From an uncultured Lachnospiraceae bacterium (GTDB taxonomy: Bacteria > Bacillota > Clostridia > Lachnospirales > Lachnospiraceae), in the NCBI GenBank assembly GCA_910579645.1, contig CAJTVK010000005.1, positions 703 through 64,702 on the forward strand: DNA of 64,000 nt. Reading direction: 5' to 3'. Both the position numbers and the translations under genes were made by a program. Shown here piece after piece: positions 1 through 9,776 of this stretch. Below the pieces are notes generated by a model, which was not told the DNA's origin, made no database searches, and saw only the letters and a list, made by a program, of their open reading frames with translations. Every line of letters starts with the position of its first letter. Position 1 is the stretch's first letter.

Positions 1-273
1 ACATATAAATATGACAAAATCATCGGGAAATATTATCTCTCCATGTGGTTAAGCAGAGAAGACATTGATGATGACTTCCGGATTGATGCCCAAGAAATTG
101 ACGCTCAATATATACGAGGAACCAGAAGAACAATTAATAATAACATCAAAAGGATTGTTGCAAATGCCAGTTTATCTAATTATTTTGATAACTATATCAA
201 AAGATTTGAATATACATATGATTGTTTCGAGTGTGGCAATGACTTTTTGCAGAAGAAAGACATAGGAGAATAA
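1..273 (+). CDS. Phage hypothetical protein, 5'-partial
   Basis: Frame of ORF 43..273 is open back to position 1 (TYKYDKIIGKYYLSMWL...). Confidence 0.6.
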   Translation, partial: TYKYDKIIGKYYLSMWLSREDIDDDFRIDAQEIDAQYIRGTRRTINNNIKRIVANASLSNYFDNYIKRFEYTYDCFECGNDFLQKKDIGE

Positions 274-462
274 ATGCCGTATAAGAACGGTTACAAATAT
301 TTCGAAAAGGCAGGCGCAGAAATTTATGATGGGGAAGAATGCATTGAGAATTTAGCCGGAAAGTGCCTGCATTATGATTGCTATTATGGCATAAGGTCTT
401 GTTGGAGTGGCTTGGATATGAAATTAAAACTATGGAGGAAGAATTTTGAGGAACATTATTAG
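274..462 (+). CDS. Small phage hypothetical protein
   Basis: AGGAG RBS, abuts upstream stop, overlaps next gene. Confidence 0.5.
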   Translation: MPYKNGYKYFEKAGAEIYDGEECIENLAGKCLHYDCYYGIRSCWSGLDMKLKLWRKNFEEHY

Positions 463-727
463 ATTTATAAAGGAACTATTTGGAAAGTATGAAACCGGAT
501 ATGAATATTGGGTTAATTTAAAAGATATTAAAGTTCCGCCGGAATATAAAAAAACAAAAATCAGAAAAAATAAATGGAACCATAAAATGGGATATTGGTT
601 AAGGACTGGCGAATTTGAATCCCTTATTATTTTACATAGAGATTTTACATTGGCAGATGGCTATTCAAGCGTTAAGATTGCATATTTGAAAGGAATTGAC
701 AAAGTTCCTGTATATTTTATAGATTAA
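446..727 (+). CDS. Small phage protein with ParB-like motif
   Basis: GGAGG RBS with TTG start; C-terminal LADGYSS..A...G..KVPV resembles the ParB/Srx core motif. Confidence 0.5.
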   Translation: MRNIIRFIKELFGKYETGYEYWVNLKDIKVPPEYKKTKIRKNKWNHKMGYWLRTGEFESLIILHRDFTLADGYSSVKIAYLKGIDKVPVYFID

Positions 728-800
728 ATAAAAATTTCAAGAAAATTGGCAGGAATAATAAATATAATACAAAAACTAAGTAATCGGAAAGAGGATTTAT

Positions 801-2660
801 ATGGACATTTTTGAATATTTGCCGCAACTGATTATCGCCTACGATGGCAGCGATGAATTTGCCAGTCTTATTCATGTAAAAAAATCAAAGCCGGATACTG
901 ACTACTATTGTCCGTGCTGCGGGGGAATTGTAAAGCCACAGGCATTAGACAGCACAAAAGAGCAGTCACATTATTACCATATTACGGGAAAATGCACAAA
1001 AGAAAGTCAATTACATTTTTTCTGCAAGAATTGGCTGTTTGAAAAGGGAAGCAAATTTTATATAGATGATGATTTGTTTGAAGTCGATTCCATCATTATT
1101 GAAGCCCCCTGGGATACACCTTTGGGTGAATACAAGCCAGATATTACGGTACATACATCCTCTGGAGAAACCATTTATTTTGAGTTTTTCTTTTCTAACA
1201 GAAAAACCGGCGGGGATTATTTTTGCAAATGGAGTTATCTTGGAAACGCAGCCGCAGAAATCAATGCAAAAGAATATATGTATAAAACTGATGAAAGCAT
1301 CATCCCACGTTTTACATATTTGTACCATGATGGTGTCTGTTTTTCTAAGACATATATTAAGAGAGACTTATATGCCACAACAATTGCAAAAATAAAGAAT
1401 GAACTGTCAAGGCAAGAAAATCTTGATTATAAGGCAAGGACGGAAAAATTAGATTGGTTTTGGCAGAAGCTTGTTGAAAACAGCCCAAAGGAAGAGATAT
1501 TAAATTGCATTGATTCTATGCCCTATGAAGACATGGTTTTGTGCTATGAGGTTATCAAAAGGAAACAATGCATGTCTCACTTAAGGCAAGATGTATTGGA
1601 CACAATGAATAAAAAAACAATAGGCAATATTAGGAATTCCATCGGCCTTCCATTTGATGAAAATATTTATTTTGACATCAGACGTTACAAAGGAAGGACC
1701 TATGAGGCTGGCATCAGGCTGAATATACAGACTGAGCATATTATATATAATGATTTTTACTTGCGGTGCAAATGTAATGGCGGGGATTTTGAAAAGTCTG
1801 CCGGATTCCCTAAGATAATCTTCAAAAGAAACATATTCCGTGTTGAAGAAATAGAAATACCAAAAAATAGAATTTCAGAACTGGAGGATATATTCAATAA
1901 AACTGTTGAATATAAAAAACAGCTGATAGATTATGAGCAAGAATTGTCAAAATTCGAGAAAAACGGATATAAAGTCAGGTTCAATAATCGTCGCCACACT
2001 GTTTTAAAAATGGATGAAACGAATAAGTTTGAGCCAATTTTAGAAGATAGGTTCATCGGAACACTTGATATTGATTTGCTATCTCAGGAAATTCAGCATG
2101 GATTAAAGGATAAGGCCGAAAACTATTTTTTCAGAAATTATATGAAAAGCAGGAAAACACAGGCAATTATATATGATTTGCAGAATTATAAAAACGTTGG
2201 CGCCAAAGTTCATGTCGGATATAAGAAAAATTGCGGTAAGGATCAAGAGTCCGGAATATATTTTGATTTGGAAATTTATAATGGCATAATTTATAGCGAG
2301 AAACTCACTCCTGATGACAATAAATTTTTAGGTGCAATAGAATCTGCGAAACAGGAAATTGATAACTTCTTGGAGAAATATAATGCCATTATTGATTTAG
2401 TATCCAAGATAAATAATTGTAAAAATTGTTTTTGGAAGGCAGCTTTAACTTTTAATTGCCATGGTGTATTACGGTTGGAAGTTGATCAAGTGTATATCGA
2501 GCCTTCTGAGTGGCATATAACAAAAGAACATATTGATTTATCAGAAGGCTGCCCATCTTCCGGCAAGAGTCTGCAGAATGCCTTAGAAAAAAAGATGAAA
2601 CAGGTCATGAAAAACATGGAGAAATACGGATATCGTGTAATGGAGGTGCGTCAGCAATGA
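801..2660 (+). CDS. CoiA-like Zn-finger + PD-(D/E)XK nuclease-domain protein
   Basis: CPCCGG...HYYH...C..ES..H followed by YKPDITV...YFEFFFSNRK; stop overlaps RNAP start (ATGA). Confidence 0.6.
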   Translation: MDIFEYLPQLIIAYDGSDEFASLIHVKKSKPDTDYYCPCCGGIVKPQALDSTKEQSHYYHITGKCTKESQLHFFCKNWLFEKGSKFYIDDDLFEVDSIIIEAPWDTPLGEYKPDITVHTSSGETIYFEFFFSNRKTGGDYFCKWSYLGNAAAEINAKEYMYKTDESIIPRFTYLYHDGVCFSKTYIKRDLYATTIAKIKNELSRQENLDYKARTEKLDWFWQKLVENSPKEEILNCIDSMPYEDMVLCYEVIKRKQCMSHLRQDVLDTMNKKTIGNIRNSIGLPFDENIYFDIRRYKGRTYEAGIRLNIQTEHIIYNDFYLRCKCNGGDFEKSAGFPKIIFKRNIFRVEEIEIPKNRISELEDIFNKTVEYKKQLIDYEQELSKFEKNGYKVRFNNRRHTVLKMDETNKFEPILEDRFIGTLDIDLLSQEIQHGLKDKAENYFFRNYMKSRKTQAIIYDLQNYKNVGAKVHVGYKKNCGKDQESGIYFDLEIYNGIIYSEKLTPDDNKFLGAIESAKQEIDNFLEKYNAIIDLVSKINNCKNCFWKAALTFNCHGVLRLEVDQVYIEPSEWHITKEHIDLSEGCPSSGKSLQNALEKKMKQVMKNMEKYGYRVMEVRQQ

Positions 2661-5494
2661 GCAATGCAATTTTTATCCCATCAATTGATGCCAAGGATTT
2701 GTACCTATCCAATAATTTTATCCAAAACACTCCTTATGGGTATACACTTACCCGCAAGGACGGCACGGATAATTTAAGTAAATATATGAATAGTTTTGAT
2801 TACAGCTTGGACTTAATAGAGTTGCGGGATGTGGCAGAAAAGGTATACGGCAAAAAAGATTCTTTGTCATTTAAACATAAAGGGAAAGAATATTCATCCA
2901 AAATTATAAACGTGACTTTTAAATATGCTGTCAAAGAGTTTAATAAAGCTGCAAAAAATACTTATGTCAGAAATGGCTACAATTTAAGCGAGTACGATTT
3001 GGCTGATGGATATGCCACTGACATAGACAGCAGCGGTAAAAAAATTCTTGTGGCACTTAAAACAGATGAGCCTTTTTATAATTCTGTGGACACCACTCTC
3101 CTGCCATCTTATTTTACATGCATTTATAATGAAGAAAAAATGACATATACATATCTGTTGGCAAAGACAATAAAAACGGTGAAGTCGGCAAAATGGCTAA
3201 GAGAATGGTGTTATAAAAACGGATTTATTTGCAATGGCATTCATTATTGCAGATTTAAGAGGTCTAACGGGTCGGCAAGAGTGGGTAAATGTCTTTTTAT
3301 TGACGAGCATCTGTATCCCGATATGCACCGTTCGGAACAGTGTGGGCTGACCGTTAAAGAAGGTGACGAATTGGATATCGCTGCATTTGAAGCATATATA
3401 TCGCTGTCAACAAGCAGCATTATAGATACACTGGAAATCCGCCCGGAAAATATACTTGTGGTGGATGACTGGACAAGCACATTCCATGACAATGCTGTAT
3501 GTACCGACTTGGATGAAGACAAATGCCTGAAGACAGAAGAAAAGGACATGGTGATTTCTAATTCCGTCTGGGACGGACAGTCCCTGATTGATTTTTCATT
3601 GATGGGAAAATACCTGTCAAAAGGGATGCTGTTATTGCGCAATAAGTTTTTTAAGTCATGCTGCTTCAATACAAATATCCAAAGATTCTTTGAAGATAAT
3701 AACATAACGGATGTCTCACAGCTAAAAGGAAAAACAATAGCCAAGGATATTAAAGACATAAAACTTATAACTACCCCGTCCAGCATTAAGTTTTATAAAT
3801 TTGGGGACTTGAAAACATGGCTGGAAAATATCTATCCGTTTTTTGGGATCGTAAAGCATGATAAGGATACGCACTACTTTGGCGGACGGATGGTACAAGC
3901 TCATTACCAGCTTCTGAACACTTTACAGTTATCGCAGGATGAAGTTAAGCATATTGCAAAAGATGGTTTAGATTATATCAGTTTAATCAATACCGATGTC
4001 GATGTCATGAGGTATCATTTGAAATTCAGTGATACAGAAGATGATGCAGAATTTGAAAATGACAATATCATGAAGAATAAGAATGAGATTGTATTTAAGT
4101 TATTGAACTATGATTGTGAATTTCATAAGACACATATTTATTACGAATTCAAGAAAAATTTGTGTCATGCTTATTTAAAAAATATGAAAAAAGGCCACAT
4201 TCTTCTTAATGGAACATATGCAACATTATTTGGGAATCCATATGAAATGTTGCTGCAGTCAATAGGAAAATTTGACGGCACATCCGTTCTTGAACCCGGC
4301 ACAGTGCATAACACAAGGTATCCTTACGGACAGGAGATTCTTGGGAGCCGGAGCCCTCATGTCACAATCGGAAATATATTGATAACCAAAAATGCAGAAT
4401 GTGAGGCCATTGATAAGTATTTTAATCTATCCCCAAACATTATTTGTATTAATAGCATTGGAGAAAATATTTTGGAAAGGTTAAGCGGCGCAGATTTTGA
4501 TTCAGATACTTTGCTTATCACAGACAATAAGATATTGATTGATTCGGCAAAAAAGAATTACCATATCTTCAAAGTTCCAACACGAAATATAAATCCCCCA
4601 AAATCAAAAAGGCATTATACATCTGCTGACCTAGCTGATTTGGATGATAAAACAAGCAATAATAAGATTGGTGAAATTGTAAATCTTTCGCAGGAACTTA
4701 ATTCATTACTATGGGATATGGTGTCTAAGTCCGGGCAGTCCGTGGAAGAACAATATGACCAGATAAAGGAAATATATTATGATGTATGCCAGTTGGATGT
4801 TATGAGCAATATCGAAATTGATAAGGCTAAAAAAGAATATCCCGTGGACACTGCAAGAGAATTGAAACGAATGAGGAAAAAATATGAGAACTTATTGACT
4901 GCATCTGACGGAAGAAAACGGACTCCATATTTCTTGGGATTTATTGCAGAGACAAAAAATTATAAAAATGCAGACAGGAAAGATTACCAGAACTATAACA
5001 CAAGCATGGATTATCTGCACGCCTGTCTTAACAAGAATCGCTCTAAAAAATCTATGGGGAGTAATTTTTTACCAATTGCAGATATATTCAGACCAAAAGA
5101 ATATGATTGGGATTCAGTAAACAAAAAACAAGTAAATAATATAATGCAACTTGCAAAAGATACATCAGATTATATTAAAATGATTTCCAGCAACGTATTT
5201 TTTTACGAGGATAGGCATTGCTATATCAGTCGTGCAAAAGAGGAATTGTTATATGAAATTAATAAGATGAAAATCAATGAGCACACCATGTACCGTCTTT
5301 TGAAGAATTTAGAAGACAACCATAATACTCCTATTAAAAACCTTTTGTTTTATGTTTTGTTTAATTACAAAAATGATATTCTGACAGCTATGCTGGCTCA
5401 ATATGATAAGAACAATATATATTTACACGAGGATAAAAATGGGGAAATTTGCATATATGGGGTCAATTTTTCCAAAAAAGTTCCCGTTATGTGA
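2657..5494 (+). CDS. YonO-like single-subunit two-barrel (RdRP-related) phage RNA polymerase
   Basis: Motifs KRSNGSARVGKCLF, DGQSL, LLRNKFFKSC, RSPH, RLSGADFDSD (DxDxD metal motif), IDKAKK; followed by HU as yonO-yonN in SPbeta. Confidence 0.85.
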   Translation: MSNAIFIPSIDAKDLYLSNNFIQNTPYGYTLTRKDGTDNLSKYMNSFDYSLDLIELRDVAEKVYGKKDSLSFKHKGKEYSSKIINVTFKYAVKEFNKAAKNTYVRNGYNLSEYDLADGYATDIDSSGKKILVALKTDEPFYNSVDTTLLPSYFTCIYNEEKMTYTYLLAKTIKTVKSAKWLREWCYKNGFICNGIHYCRFKRSNGSARVGKCLFIDEHLYPDMHRSEQCGLTVKEGDELDIAAFEAYISLSTSSIIDTLEIRPENILVVDDWTSTFHDNAVCTDLDEDKCLKTEEKDMVISNSVWDGQSLIDFSLMGKYLSKGMLLLRNKFFKSCCFNTNIQRFFEDNNITDVSQLKGKTIAKDIKDIKLITTPSSIKFYKFGDLKTWLENIYPFFGIVKHDKDTHYFGGRMVQAHYQLLNTLQLSQDEVKHIAKDGLDYISLINTDVDVMRYHLKFSDTEDDAEFENDNIMKNKNEIVFKLLNYDCEFHKTHIYYEFKKNLCHAYLKNMKKGHILLNGTYATLFGNPYEMLLQSIGKFDGTSVLEPGTVHNTRYPYGQEILGSRSPHVTIGNILITKNAECEAIDKYFNLSPNIICINSIGENILERLSGADFDSDTLLITDNKILIDSAKKNYHIFKVPTRNINPPKSKRHYTSADLADLDDKTSNNKIGEIVNLSQELNSLLWDMVSKSGQSVEEQYDQIKEIYYDVCQLDVMSNIEIDKAKKEYPVDTARELKRMRKKYENLLTASDGRKRTPYFLGFIAETKNYKNADRKDYQNYNTSMDYLHACLNKNRSKKSMGSNFLPIADIFRPKEYDWDSVNKKQVNNIMQLAKDTSDYIKMISSNVFFYEDRHCYISRAKEELLYEINKMKINEHTMYRLLKNLEDNHNTPIKNLLFYVLFNYKNDILTAMLAQYDKNNIYLHEDKNGEICIYGVNFSKKVPVM

Positions 5495-5500
5495 TTTTGT

Positions 5501-5541
5501 AGGTTACAATTTTTCGGGTACTACTCGGAAAATTGTAACCT
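5501..5541. promoter_or_regulatory. 19-bp-stem hairpin immediately after the RNAP gene
   Basis: AGGTTACAATTTTTCGGGT-ACT-ACTCGGAAAATTGTAACCT, fully paired allowing two G-U pairs; no U-tract. Confidence 0.55.
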
Positions 5542-5583
5542 GAAGATAAGTAGCCTTTAAGGAAGAAAGAGAAAGGGTGATAA

Positions 5584-5853
5584 TTGATAGTTAAATCTGA
5601 ACTAATTCATAAAACATGGAAAACCGCCGAAACCAATATTGAAAAAAGCAAAGTTGAAGATATCATTAACACTTTTATAAATGTCATCGGTAATGAAATC
5701 CGGAATGGAAATGAAGTGAAAATAGAAGGGCTTGGGAGATTCTGCCCATTTGTGAAAAAGACGAAGGGGAAAAATATATATGATGGTACGATTCAAGAAA
5801 TTCCCAATGCTAAATATGTACGTTTTATACCCAGCACTAAATTAAAGTCATAA
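5584..5853 (+). CDS. HU/IHF-family DNA-binding protein
   Basis: KSELI...GNEVKIEGLGRF...GKN..DG...IP...VRFIPS.KLK pattern. Confidence 0.85.
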   Translation: MIVKSELIHKTWKTAETNIEKSKVEDIINTFINVIGNEIRNGNEVKIEGLGRFCPFVKKTKGKNIYDGTIQEIPNAKYVRFIPSTKLKS

Positions 5854-5871
5854 AAGTTATCTTTTCTCGGA

Positions 5872-6660
5872 TTGTACCATAATACTGTGAGGCACAAATG
5901 CAGAACAATGGAGGTGATATTTATCGAAAATTTAAGAAGTTATGAAAGAAAAAGTCTTCTGAGTTTATCTTCTGTAAACATTCCAGATACCCAACTTTTT
6001 ATTCGCATTCCCACTGTTGGGGAAATCTTAGAGGATGAATTTGCTTATTATAGCATGATTTCTTCTCTAACTGCCAGTCCTTTTGATTATATGGTTCAAT
6101 TAGATGATATGGGAATTGATTTTACAGCAATAAGCGACTATGAATTGTTTAAAATGCTATTTCTCGTATATACAAAGTCTGACCTATCCGTGTTATTTGG
6201 TGATTTAGATGTATCTGATTTTAAGATATACAGAGGGAATGATAATGACACTTATATATATAGTCCAAGCAATCACATTGAAATTAATGAGAAAGTATAT
6301 AATAATTTAGTTTGCACAATCAGGAAAATTAATTTACTTGAAAAGGTAAATTATAAGCCTGGTAATGAATCGGCAAAAAAATATCTTTTGGAAAAAGAAC
6401 GAAAAAAACAAAAAAGAGATGCCAAGAAAAAACAAGAGCCATATTTAGAAAAACTTGTCATTGCTTTAGTCAATACGAGTGAGTTTCCATACAATTATGA
6501 TTCATGCATGGATTTATCCATATATAGGTTTAACCAAAGTTTCAGGCAGATACAGCATAAAATTGCTTTTGACAAGACAATGATTGGTGTATATGCAGGA
6601 ACTGTTGATACATCCAAGTTAAGCAGCAAAGATGCCCTTAATTGGATTCCAGATAAATAA
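5872..6660 (+). CDS. Phage tail-region protein (start may be ATG 5908)
   Basis: Long ORF directly upstream of the tail tube; no catalytic motif recognised. Confidence 0.55.
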   Translation: MYHNTVRHKCRTMEVIFIENLRSYERKSLLSLSSVNIPDTQLFIRIPTVGEILEDEFAYYSMISSLTASPFDYMVQLDDMGIDFTAISDYELFKMLFLVYTKSDLSVLFGDLDVSDFKIYRGNDNDTYIYSPSNHIEINEKVYNNLVCTIRKINLLEKVNYKPGNESAKKYLLEKERKKQKRDAKKKQEPYLEKLVIALVNTSEFPYNYDSCMDLSIYRFNQSFRQIQHKIAFDKTMIGVYAGTVDTSKLSSKDALNWIPDK

Positions 6661-6732
6661 TCTTAATCAAGGAAATAAGACCGTAACTGGTCTTTTTATT
6701 TCACAAATAAAACAAAAACAGGAGGACAATCA

Positions 6733-7518
6733 ATGAATATTGATAAGTTTACAATTACGTCTTATGACCAAATTACAGGATTTGACAGAGCAAATGGCAG
6801 TCTGGAAATGATTCTGGATGAACTCAGTGACTTTACATTATCCCATGAGGAAGAGAAAACCGATATCACCGGCAAAGGCGGCAGAGTTATTAGTTCTTTG
6901 AAAAAGAATAAGAAAGTTACCGGCAAGGGCACTAATGGCATGCTGTCCGGCGGTGCATTAGCGGCAATGCTTGGCGCAGAGATTGAAGACGGGAAACATA
7001 TTATTAGGTATACAGATACAATCACAGTCTCTTCCAATAAAGGAGTCACTACAGAAACCGCTATTGGTACGACCGGCAATGAAATTGGTACCATCTATGT
7101 ACGAGATGCGAATAATGCCTATATTTCCGGCGGCAAAAAACTGACCCAAACAAGCGCGGCACCTGCTATGGGGGAATTTTCATATGATCCGGCAACTAAA
7201 GAAGTTACATTTTTTGCAGGCGATGTTGCTGATGGCACAGAAGTAATTACATTCTATGATGCAGAAGCAGAAGGAAAGAAGATTTCTAACAATGCAAACA
7301 ATTACAGCAAGACGCTTCAGATATTTATTGACGTGACCTGTCAGGATGGCTGTGATAACCTTTTCCATGGTCAGTTTATCATTGACAGAGCAGACTTTAG
7401 TGGCACGTTTGATATTCAGGGCGGTTCTGACCCTGCAACTCAGGGATTTGAGTTTACATCCATGCCTAACCTATGTACCGGCAAGAACAGCTTGTGGGAT
7501 TTCGTTGTATTTGATTAA
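6733..7518 (+). CDS. Major tail (tube) protein
   Basis: GGAGG RBS; G/T/D-rich 261 aa; DITGKGG near the N-terminus and FDIQGGSDPATQGFEFT at the C-terminus, typical of tail tubes. Confidence 0.65.
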   Translation: MNIDKFTITSYDQITGFDRANGSLEMILDELSDFTLSHEEEKTDITGKGGRVISSLKKNKKVTGKGTNGMLSGGALAAMLGAEIEDGKHIIRYTDTITVSSNKGVTTETAIGTTGNEIGTIYVRDANNAYISGGKKLTQTSAAPAMGEFSYDPATKEVTFFAGDVADGTEVITFYDAEAEGKKISNNANNYSKTLQIFIDVTCQDGCDNLFHGQFIIDRADFSGTFDIQGGSDPATQGFEFTSMPNLCTGKNSLWDFVVFD

Positions 7519-7529
7519 TATTAACAGTA

Positions 7530-7555
7530 TTGTGGGCAGATTAATCTGCCCACAA
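7530..7555. repeat. Perfect 26-bp palindrome
   Basis: TTGTGGGCAGATTAATCTGCCCACAA between tail tube and Cys-rich gene. Confidence 0.8.
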
Positions 7556-7576
7556 ACTGAAAAATGGGGGGCAAAT

Positions 7577-7786
7577 ATGGCAAACAAAAAAAGGATTCCT
7601 TGTCGTGTCTGCGGCAGACTTTTTGAACCATGCGCTACATGCCAAGCACATAATGATATATTTAGATGGCGCAATTTTGCTTGTTCAAGAAAATGTGCAG
7701 AGAAATATATCAGTGAAACTATTGCTTATCGAAATTCTTTGCCTGCCTTGGCTGAAATGTATTCCAATACAAAACATGAAATATAA
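7577..7786 (+). CDS. Small Cys-rich (metal-binding) phage protein, 69 aa
   Basis: MANKKRIPCRVCG...CATC...ACSRKC; GGGGG RBS before ATG 7577. Confidence 0.65.
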   Translation: MANKKRIPCRVCGRLFEPCATCQAHNDIFRWRNFACSRKCAEKYISETIAYRNSLPALAEMYSNTKHEI

Positions 7787-7800
7787 ACGGAGAGACTGAA

Positions 7801-8955
7801 ATGAGAGTTTACCTTGACAACGCAGCAACCACCGAATTAACTGATTCAGTAAAAAATTATTTAGTATCTATATTGGACGACTTCGGAAATCCCAGTTCTC
7901 TGTACGGTCTATCAGAAAAACCCAAACAGATTATATCAGGAGCAAGGCAATCTGTTGCAAAGTTTATCAATGCAGATCCAAAAGACATTTACTTTACTGG
8001 TGGCGGAGCATCAAGCAATACTCTTTCCATCCGTGGGTTCTGTTTACGAAATAATTGTACCGTCTTTTACTCTCCTATTGCACATAAATCAATTCTGAAA
8101 TGTGTCGAGTCATATCATAATAGTATTCCATTAAAAGTGAACAAAGAAGGAATTATTGATATACACGACTTAGAGGAATATTTGAATGTCTGTATCAATA
8201 CACCATTAGTTACGATAGATTATGCCAATAGTGAAATAGGAACCATTCAAAATGTAGCGCAAATTATCAAAATTACACATTTGCACAATGGCATTGTGTA
8301 TCTGGATTGCACCGGCAGCATGCCAACAATTCCAGTCGATGTGAAAAAGTCAGATGTAGATATGCTTGGTTTTTCTGCACATAAATTAGGGGGGTTAAAA
8401 GGCTGCGGAGTTTTATATAAGAAAAAAGATATTGTTCTTGAACCTTTAGTTTATGGCAGCCAAGAAAAAGGTCTTTACGGCGGCACAGAAAATATTTTTG
8501 GGATTGCATCATTGGGCAAAGCGGTTGAAAGATATGACTATTCTTCTGTCTCATCAGCCAACAGGGATTATGTATATGATTACATAGGGAAGAACATTCC
8601 AGATAGCTATTTATTAGGCGCACCCATAGAATCAGGAAATAGACTGCCACACAATTTATATATGTGTTTCAAAGGCACTGAAGGTGAGTCTCTGATGATT
8701 CTGCTAGATATGAACGGTATTCAAGTATCGACTGGCTCTGCCTGTACATCAGGAGATTTGACTCCTTCCACTACTCTATCCGCTATCGGCGTGAATGAAC
8801 AAGATATTCATAGCTGTATCAGAATGACATTTGGAGAAGAAACCGAAGAAGAATTAAATTATGTATGTGAAACATTAAAGCATTGTGTTGAAAGTCTAAG
8901 GAATTTCAATAACAAAGAGATAAAAACAACAATTTCAAGTGGTGATTATGAATGA
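7801..8955 (+). CDS. Prophage-encoded cysteine desulfurase (IscS/NifS family)
   Basis: YLDNAATT, GNPSS, NSEIGTIQ, SAHK (PLP Lys), GGTEN, STGSACTSG (catalytic Cys). Confidence 0.9.
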   Translation: MRVYLDNAATTELTDSVKNYLVSILDDFGNPSSLYGLSEKPKQIISGARQSVAKFINADPKDIYFTGGGASSNTLSIRGFCLRNNCTVFYSPIAHKSILKCVESYHNSIPLKVNKEGIIDIHDLEEYLNVCINTPLVTIDYANSEIGTIQNVAQIIKITHLHNGIVYLDCTGSMPTIPVDVKKSDVDMLGFSAHKLGGLKGCGVLYKKKDIVLEPLVYGSQEKGLYGGTENIFGIASLGKAVERYDYSSVSSANRDYVYDYIGKNIPDSYLLGAPIESGNRLPHNLYMCFKGTEGESLMILLDMNGIQVSTGSACTSGDLTPSTTLSAIGVNEQDIHSCIRMTFGEETEEELNYVCETLKHCVESLRNFNNKEIKTTISSGDYE

Positions 8956-9350
8956 AATTGAAACAAGACTCAAAAACGCATAATGAAAAAATGCATGAAT
9001 TAGAATTAAAATATAAACTTGCAGAGCAAAAGCACAAGGAACGCAAATTAAAATATGAGATTATTAAAATGTCTCTCCCATTTCATTTCGATCTAAAATT
9101 CAACAAAATAATAGTGTTATTATCTATTGCCGCAATCATCCTATATACCATTGCAGCTATTTTATTGCAAAAATATACCCTCATAGAATTAAGCCCTACG
9201 CTTACGACATGTGTGTACGCTTTTTTCGGCACAGAGCTGTTAGGACTTGCGGGGATAAAGATATGTGATACAAGATTTATAAGCCAAGAAAACAATGCAG
9301 ATTGCAATGACACTGCTTCATCACAATACGGCAGTCATGCTGCCGGTTAG
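8952..9350 (+). CDS. Two-TM membrane protein, holin-like
   Basis: Two hydrophobic segments; first gene of lysis cluster. Confidence 0.55.
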   Translation: MKLKQDSKTHNEKMHELELKYKLAEQKHKERKLKYEIIKMSLPFHFDLKFNKIIVLLSIAAIILYTIAAILLQKYTLIELSPTLTTCVYAFFGTELLGLAGIKICDTRFISQENNADCNDTASSQYGSHAAG

Positions 9351-9358
9351 GAGGAAAT

Positions 9359-9763
9359 ATGGAGTTTTCAGAAATGATTAATTATATTTTATATGTTGTT
9401 TTGACCGTTATTTTGCCGGTGATTGCAAAGTACGCCATTGAACTTATAAAAACCAAAATCCAAGAAAGCAATATTTTCATGGATGCTACACACAACGAAG
9501 ATTTGAGTAAAATTGTTGAAAGCGCACTGTCCGATGTGATGGATGCAGTGCTTTACATAAATCAGATATATGTCGATTCCCTTAAGTCAAGCGGGAAATT
9601 TGATAAAGAAGCACAGGAAGAGGCATTTAACAGGGCTTATGCGGAAGCCATGAATATGATTTCAGGCGAAGCAAAGAAGGTAATTGAAGGATTATACGGC
9701 TCTTTTGATAAATGGCTGAAAATTAAAATCGAATCTTCCGTAAATATGGCAAAGAAGCAGTAA
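9359..9763 (+). CDS. Phage holin (LL-H-like)
   Basis: N-terminal TM; AVLYINQIYVDSLK..GKF.KEAQ.EAF..A; IES.V C-terminus; directly upstream of endolysin. Confidence 0.7.
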   Translation: MEFSEMINYILYVVLTVILPVIAKYAIELIKTKIQESNIFMDATHNEDLSKIVESALSDVMDAVLYINQIYVDSLKSSGKFDKEAQEEAFNRAYAEAMNMISGEAKKVIEGLYGSFDKWLKIKIESSVNMAKKQ

Positions 9764-9776
9764 AGGATGTGAATTT

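Noticed and set aside
7801..8955. DndA of a phosphorothioation system
   Set aside because: No dndBCDE or ssp genes in the window
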